From: an uncultured Chloroflexia bacterium
GTDB lineage: Bacteria > Chloroflexota > Anaerolineae > CG2-30-64-16
Assembly (NCBI GenBank): GCA_963774265.1
Contig: CAVZDU010000002.1
Location: 320,001-384,000 of the forward strand
DNA length: 64,000 bases
Reading direction: 5' to 3'
Shown: in pieces, positions 59,149 through 64,000 of the stretch
How the letters are laid out: the number at the start of each line of letters is the position of its first letter
Position numbering within the stretch: the stretch's first letter is position 1
The notes under the pieces: model-generated
Told to the model about the DNA's origin: nothing
What the model saw: only the letters and a program-made list of their open reading frames with translations
Database searches by the model: none
Translations under genes and position numbers: made by a program

Positions 59149-60828
59149 ATGAACCGGGATCAATTCATCACCATGATGGCAAACGCCAAACTCTACGATC
59201 TCACCCAGGATTGCGGCATCTTCACGCCTCCGTGGCCCGGAGAGAAGTCGCTTGAAGTGCACTTTTTCAAGCGGGTCACTGGCGCCTATGGGGGCGGTCA
59301 GGGCGCGAACGGGCAGATCCTTAACTGGAGCAACACCGTCGGCACACACCTTGTGGGCGAGCGGGCGTTCCACTCCGGCGCGCGCGCGCTCTCCGATGTC
59401 CCGTTGACTGATGTGTGTGGGCCGGGTGTCGTCGTGGACATCTCGGACCTCGTGTCAGACTACAGCCTCTACACTCCGGAGATGATCACGAGCCGGGCAG
59501 CTGTCAGGCCTGGCGACATCCTGATCATCAACACCGGGTATCATCGCTACTCGTGGGATCAACCGGATGTCCTCAACCCGGATGCGCAGGGCGGCGTCGA
59601 GTCCAAGGAGTTCGGCTTCCTGGTGCGCCATCCCGGTCCATCGCCCGACTTCTTCAGGTGGGCCCTGGAAATGAAGCTGAAGGTAGTAGGCGTCGACTGC
59701 GGGTGCGCCGAGCATCCCATGAACACACCCATCCGCCGGATGCACGACAACCATTTCCGGCTGGCCGAGGCCAAGCTGCAGCAGGAGTACGGCACGACCT
59801 GGGATGAGATGTTCCCCCAGGACGAGTACTACGAGCTCACTCATGTCACCATGCCCAAGGCCCATTTGCTCCTGGCCGAATGCATCGTGGGCGAAATCGA
59901 CAAGATCAAGAACCAGCGGGCCTGGATTGCCATTATGCCGATCCCCTTTATGGAGGTTGAGACGGCATGGGCACGCGTGGCCGCCTATCAGGCGCCTGAT
60001 GGCGTCAGCGAGGACGAGTTCTTCTCGGCCATGGCATCCGCCGAGATGCTGGACATGACGATCCCATTCAGCGTTCAGACGCCGCAGTGGGCCAACTACG
60101 TACCCCTCACCGTTAACTACACCAAGCGGGTTGGCGGGCAACACTTCGGCATGGGCCGCAATGGCTCCATCTGCAATGCCAGCATCCACCTCGCCACGCA
60201 CATGGACGGCGAGAAGCACTTCTGGCCCGCGGGCCGCAGCATCGGCCAGGTCCCGTTGAGCGAGTGGGTGGGCCCCGGCGTCATTGCCGATATTTCGCAT
60301 CTTGTGAGCGATTCCAGTGTTTATACGCCGCAGATGATCGAGTCGGTCGTGGACGTGCGGCCGGGCGATATCCTGATCACCAAGACCGGCTGGCACCGAT
60401 ACGGCTGGATCAGCCCGGATTCGGACGAATTTCGATACATGATCCGGCACCCGGGCCCGTCCCCCGACTTCGCCCACTGGTGTGTCGAAAAGCAAATCAA
60501 GTGGCTTGGCGTAGATGCGGTGAGCCAGGATCATCCAATGAACACGATACAGCGGCTCTGGCACCCAAAGACCTTCGCCGAGGCAAACGCCAAGCTGATA
60601 CGCGACTTTGGCAAGGACTGGGACGAGATGTTCCCGCTGGATAAGTTCTACCAGGATACACACCTTAACTTGTTTCCCAAGAAGATCGTCCACGCCGAGA
60701 ATCTGGGCGGCGATATCGCCAAGGCGACGAGCGGCCGCTACTACATCGGCTGTTACCCGCAGAAGGTCATGGAGGCGGAGTCGATGTGGGGACGGTTCGT
60801 GGCGTGGCGTGAAGGAGAAGCTGCCTAG
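59149..60828 (+). CDS. Tandem (two-domain) cyclase family protein
   Basis: Two repeats of the cyclase fold (each with GPGV, GDILI..TG, HPGPSPDF, HPMNT); only the C-terminal domain has an intact HxxTHxD motif. Confidence 0.88.
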   Translation: MNRDQFITMMANAKLYDLTQDCGIFTPPWPGEKSLEVHFFKRVTGAYGGGQGANGQILNWSNTVGTHLVGERAFHSGARALSDVPLTDVCGPGVVVDISDLVSDYSLYTPEMITSRAAVRPGDILIINTGYHRYSWDQPDVLNPDAQGGVESKEFGFLVRHPGPSPDFFRWALEMKLKVVGVDCGCAEHPMNTPIRRMHDNHFRLAEAKLQQEYGTTWDEMFPQDEYYELTHVTMPKAHLLLAECIVGEIDKIKNQRAWIAIMPIPFMEVETAWARVAAYQAPDGVSEDEFFSAMASAEMLDMTIPFSVQTPQWANYVPLTVNYTKRVGGQHFGMGRNGSICNASIHLATHMDGEKHFWPAGRSIGQVPLSEWVGPGVIADISHLVSDSSVYTPQMIESVVDVRPGDILITKTGWHRYGWISPDSDEFRYMIRHPGPSPDFAHWCVEKQIKWLGVDAVSQDHPMNTIQRLWHPKTFAEANAKLIRDFGKDWDEMFPLDKFYQDTHLNLFPKKIVHAENLGGDIAKATSGRYYIGCYPQKVMEAESMWGRFVAWREGEAA

Positions 60829-61720
60829 ATGAAACCAGCTCCCTTTGCGTATTACGCCCCCAGAAGCCTTGACGAGACCCTGGTTCATCTGGCTGAGTTG
60901 GGGTACTCCGGCAAAGTCCTCGCCGGTGGCCAAAGCCTGATCCCGGCCATGAACTTCCGCCTCGCACAACCGGGTGCTCTGGTCAATCTGAACACGGTCC
61001 CCGAGCTATCGTATATTCAGGTTGCGGCCGGCGGCGGAGTGCTGATCGGCGCGATGACGCGTACCAGCACCGTCGAGCACGACCCCTTGATCGCGCAGCG
61101 CGCCCCCTGCTGACTGAATCGATACCTCACATTGCCTGGGCACAGATCCGCAACCGGGGTACGTTTGGCGGGAATGTTGCGCATGCGGACCCTGCCGGCC
61201 ATCTGCCCGCCATCACTGTCACCCTGAACGCCCGCCATCATGTGCAGAGCCGACGCGGCGACCGCTGGCTCTCATCAGATGACTTCTTCACCGGCGCGTT
61301 CATGACGGCGCTGGAGCCAGACGAACTGCTGGTCGAAGTGGCCGTGCCGCCCATGCCGCCGCGCAGCGGGTGGAGCTACAAACAGGCCGCACGACAGGCC
61401 GGCGCCGAAGCGATGGTCGGCGCGGCTGCCCTGGTCAGCCTGGATGAACATGGCCGCTGCTCGCAGGCGCGCCTCTCGTACATCAGTGTAGGCGAAGTGC
61501 CCCCTCTCGCCCGCAACGCGGCCAAAGTGCTGGTTGGCGAGGCGCCCACACTTGAGGCCATCCGGGCGGCTGCCGAGGCCGCGATCTCAGACGTCGATCC
61601 GGGCGAGGACATCCACGCGACGGCTGATTACCGCCGCTTCCTCGTGCGAACGCTGACCCGACAAGTGCTCACCCAGGCATTTGAACGTGCGAGCACGGGG
61701 TATTCGATTTTGGGTTCTGA
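60829..61720 (+). CDS. Mo hydroxylase FAD subunit (CoxM-like), 1-bp deletion in a C-run near 61107; may be fused to the following 2Fe-2S domain
   Basis: 'MKPAPF.Y', 'LAGGQSLIP.MNFRLA', then shifted 'AQIRNRGTFGG..AHADP', 'DIHATADYRR'. Confidence 0.85.
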
Positions 61721-61799
61721 AGTCTCTCATAGTCGCCCAGACCGCGCCGCCACCCACCACCCCATACCCGATATCCAGGCCCTGAAGACCGAACCTGCC

Positions 61800-62273
61800 T
61801 GCCCGACTCTCCCCATCATCGTCACCGTCAACGACGTCCGTTACGAACGCACAGTCGAACCCCGCCTGCTCCTGAGTGATTTCATCCGCCATGAGCTTGG
61901 GCTCACCGGCACCCATGTCGGCTGCGAGCACGGAGTCTGTGGCACCTGCACCGTCTTGCTGGACGGACAGCCGATCCGCTCCTGCCTGACCTTCGCGGTT
62001 CAGGCCCACGGCCATAACGTCCGCACGGTGGAGGGCTTGGGGACGATCGACAACTTACACCCGCTGCAGGAAGCGTTCCGCGACGCGCACGGCCTCCAAT
62101 GTGGCTTCTGCACGCCGGGCTTCTTGATGACCCTGCTGCCGTTCCTGGATGAAAACCCGAACCCATCAGAGCAGGAGATCCGTGAGGCGATCTCGGGCAA
62201 CCTGTGCCGGTGCACCGGGTATCAGCACATCGTCGAGGCGGTGAGGCTGGCCGCGGAAAGGATGCCGAGATGA
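61800..62273 (+). CDS. (2Fe-2S) subunit (CoxS-like), in frame with the FAD subunit C-terminus
   Basis: 'GTHVGCEHGVCGTCT', 'LQCGFCTPG', 'GNLCRCTGY'. Confidence 0.88.
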   Translation, partial: CPTLPIIVTVNDVRYERTVEPRLLLSDFIRHELGLTGTHVGCEHGVCGTCTVLLDGQPIRSCLTFAVQAHGHNVRTVEGLGTIDNLHPLQEAFRDAHGLQCGFCTPGFLMTLLPFLDENPNPSEQEIREAISGNLCRCTGYQHIVEAVRLAAERMPR

Positions 62274-64000
62274 AGTACGTGGGTCAACGCATCAAGCGCA
62301 ATGAGGATCCTCGCCTGCTGACCGGGCAGGCGCTCTTCGTGGACGATGTGCAAATCCCAGGCATGCTGCATGCCGGATTCCTGCGCAGCGACTATGCCCA
62401 TGCACGCATCCGCAGCATCGACGTATCGAAGGCGCGGATGCGACCTGGCGTGGTGGCTGTCTACACCGCGGAAGACATGGGCGACTTCTGGAAACCCGGC
62501 CCCCTGCTGGTGCCCGCGCCCCACTCGATTCCCGGCCTGATCTTCAACAAACGCACGCAACTCCCCATGGCCCGCGCCGGGGATAAGGTCCGCCACGCCG
62601 GAGAGGCGCTTGCCTGTGTCATCGCCGAGAGCCGCTACATCGCCGAGGACGCGTTCCAGGACATCGAGGTTGACGTGGAACCGCTCGGGGTCGTCGCTGA
62701 CCTGGAAGGCGCCCTGGAACCGGGTGCACCTCTGGTCCACGATGAGTTAGGTACGAACCTCGCCTCTTATGTCAAGCAAGAAAAGGGCGACTACGCTACT
62801 GCCCGCGCCCAGGCCGACACGGTAATCAGCCGCCGGATAGTGATCGATCGTGGGGCCGCGGCTGCGCTGGAGAACCGCGGTTACGTCTCCTGGTGGGATC
62901 CAAAAACCCAGGAGTTGACCGTTTGGGCGACCACCCAGGCGCCCATCGCCTACCGCAACGTCATCGCCGGCTTGTTGGGGCTGTCCGAGAGCCAGGTGCG
63001 GGTGATCGCGCCCTTTGTCGGCGGCGGTTTCGGCCCCAAGATTATGCTCGGCCAACCCGAGGAGCAGTTGCTTGCCTGGAGCACCCTTCGCCTGGGCCGG
63101 CCGATCAAATGGATCGAGGACCGCCAGGAGAACTTCTTGACTACCACTCAAGAGCGCATGCAAGTCCACGACGTGGAGATAGCATTGACGCGAGATGGCA
63201 AGATCCTCGGGCTGAAGGATGTCTTCATCCACGACACGGGCGCATACAACCCCTACGCCTTGACGGTCCCGCTGAACACGCAGACCCACACCATGGGGCC
63301 GTACGAGATCCCGAACTTTCACACCGAATACAGGGTGGTCTTCACCAACCGCATCATCGTCACCCCGGTGCGCGGCGCGGGCCGGCCCCAGGGCGTCTTT
63401 GTGATGGAGCGCATGCTCGATCTGGCGGCCAAAGAGCTGGGCCTGGACGTTACCGAGATCCGGGCGATGAACATGATCCGGCCCGATGAGTTCCCCCACC
63501 CACAGGGGATCATCGGCCAGGACTTCACCGAGCTCATCTACGATAGCGGCAACTTCCCTGCGACGCTGGAAAAGGCGAAGGCCCTGATCGGTTACGACCA
63601 GTTCGTACACGAGGAGCAGCCCAGGCTGCGCGCCGAGGGCAAACTCATCGGCATCGGCGTGGCCTGCTTCACTGAGGGTAGTGCCGTGGGGCCGTATGAA
63701 GGCGCCCGGGTAACTGTGGAATCGAGCGGCAAGGTGAATGTAGCGACAGGCGTCGGCACGCAGGGCCAGGGGCACTTCACGTCATTCGCCCAGATCGTGG
63801 CTGACCAGGTGGGGGTGCCGCCTTCCGACGTGCACATCACCACCGGCGACACGCAGAAGTTCCACTGGGGCACCGGCACCTTCGCCAGCCGCGGTGCGAC
63901 GATTGCGGGCAACGCCATCAACGCTGCAAGTGCGAGCGTGCGCGCCAAGATCCTCAAGCTGGCCAGCAAGGTGCTCGAAACGCCGGAGCAGGAGCTGGAG
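62270..64000 (+). CDS. Xanthine dehydrogenase/CoxL-family molybdopterin large subunit, truncated by right edge
   Basis: ATG overlaps upstream TGA; 'VGQRIKRNEDPRLLTG', 'VGGGFGPK', active-site loop 'TPVRGAGRPQ', 'QGQGH.T', 'GTFASR'; open to the window end. Confidence 0.92.
   Translation, partial: MKYVGQRIKRNEDPRLLTGQALFVDDVQIPGMLHAGFLRSDYAHARIRSIDVSKARMRPGVVAVYTAEDMGDFWKPGPLLVPAPHSIPGLIFNKRTQLPMARAGDKVRHAGEALACVIAESRYIAEDAFQDIEVDVEPLGVVADLEGALEPGAPLVHDELGTNLASYVKQEKGDYATARAQADTVISRRIVIDRGAAAALENRGYVSWWDPKTQELTVWATTQAPIAYRNVIAGLLGLSESQVRVIAPFVGGGFGPKIMLGQPEEQLLAWSTLRLGRPIKWIEDRQENFLTTTQERMQVHDVEIALTRDGKILGLKDVFIHDTGAYNPYALTVPLNTQTHTMGPYEIPNFHTEYRVVFTNRIIVTPVRGAGRPQGVFVMERMLDLAAKELGLDVTEIRAMNMIRPDEFPHPQGIIGQDFTELIYDSGNFPATLEKAKALIGYDQFVHEEQPRLRAEGKLIGIGVACFTEGSAVGPYEGARVTVESSGKVNVATGVGTQGQGHFTSFAQIVADQVGVPPSDVHITTGDTQKFHWGTGTFASRGATIAGNAINAASASVRAKILKLASKVLETPEQELE

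Noticed and set aside
61108-61113. TGC-TGA at the end of the FAD-subunit ORF (and similar C-TGA ends at 30689 and 31191) as selenocysteine readthrough
   Set aside because: Homology continues in a different frame (RAPLLTESIPHIA), so these are indels, not in-frame UGA recoding.
62270-64000. Aerobic CO dehydrogenase (CoxL) assignment for either Mo enzyme
   Set aside because: Neither has the form I AYRCSFR motif (PVRGAGR and SMRGLG instead); cox-like accessory genes are shared by many hydroxylases.

Overview
GC-rich bacterial chromosomal window, most likely Chloroflexota (Anaerolineae/Caldilineae-like). This is inferred from the 'YLPxI' motifs on secreted proteins, the large Alu-type SRP RNA and the gene content. 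The left half is mostly housekeeping and envelope genes: PBP, fba, M3 oligoendopeptidase, rarD, tryptophanase-family lyase, a DnaE2-like polymerase, MFS/ABM/Fe-ADH, GT39, ffs and SPFH/NfeD. It also has two divergent giant secreted S8 proteases, one apparently fused to a 5'-nucleotidase. The right half is a ~30 kb catabolic region with three parts. (i) A FadR-controlled, YqeB-linked (selenium-type) four-subunit molybdenum hydroxylase operon and an Nramp-like transporter lie between two co-oriented tRNA-Ser genes. (ii) A Na+-translocating acyl-CoA decarboxylase operon is directly coupled to an FdrA/DUF1116 pair. (iii) A cyclase, nitrilase-family amidase, class III CoA-transferase, second FdrA/DUF1116 pair, tandem cyclase and second Mo hydroxylase follow. 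Parts ii and iii together fit a candidate undescribed, energy-conserving oxidative pyrimidine/N-heterocycle degradation pathway (inference, untested). Many genes carry single-base indels that look like long-read sequencing errors rather than true pseudogenisation.
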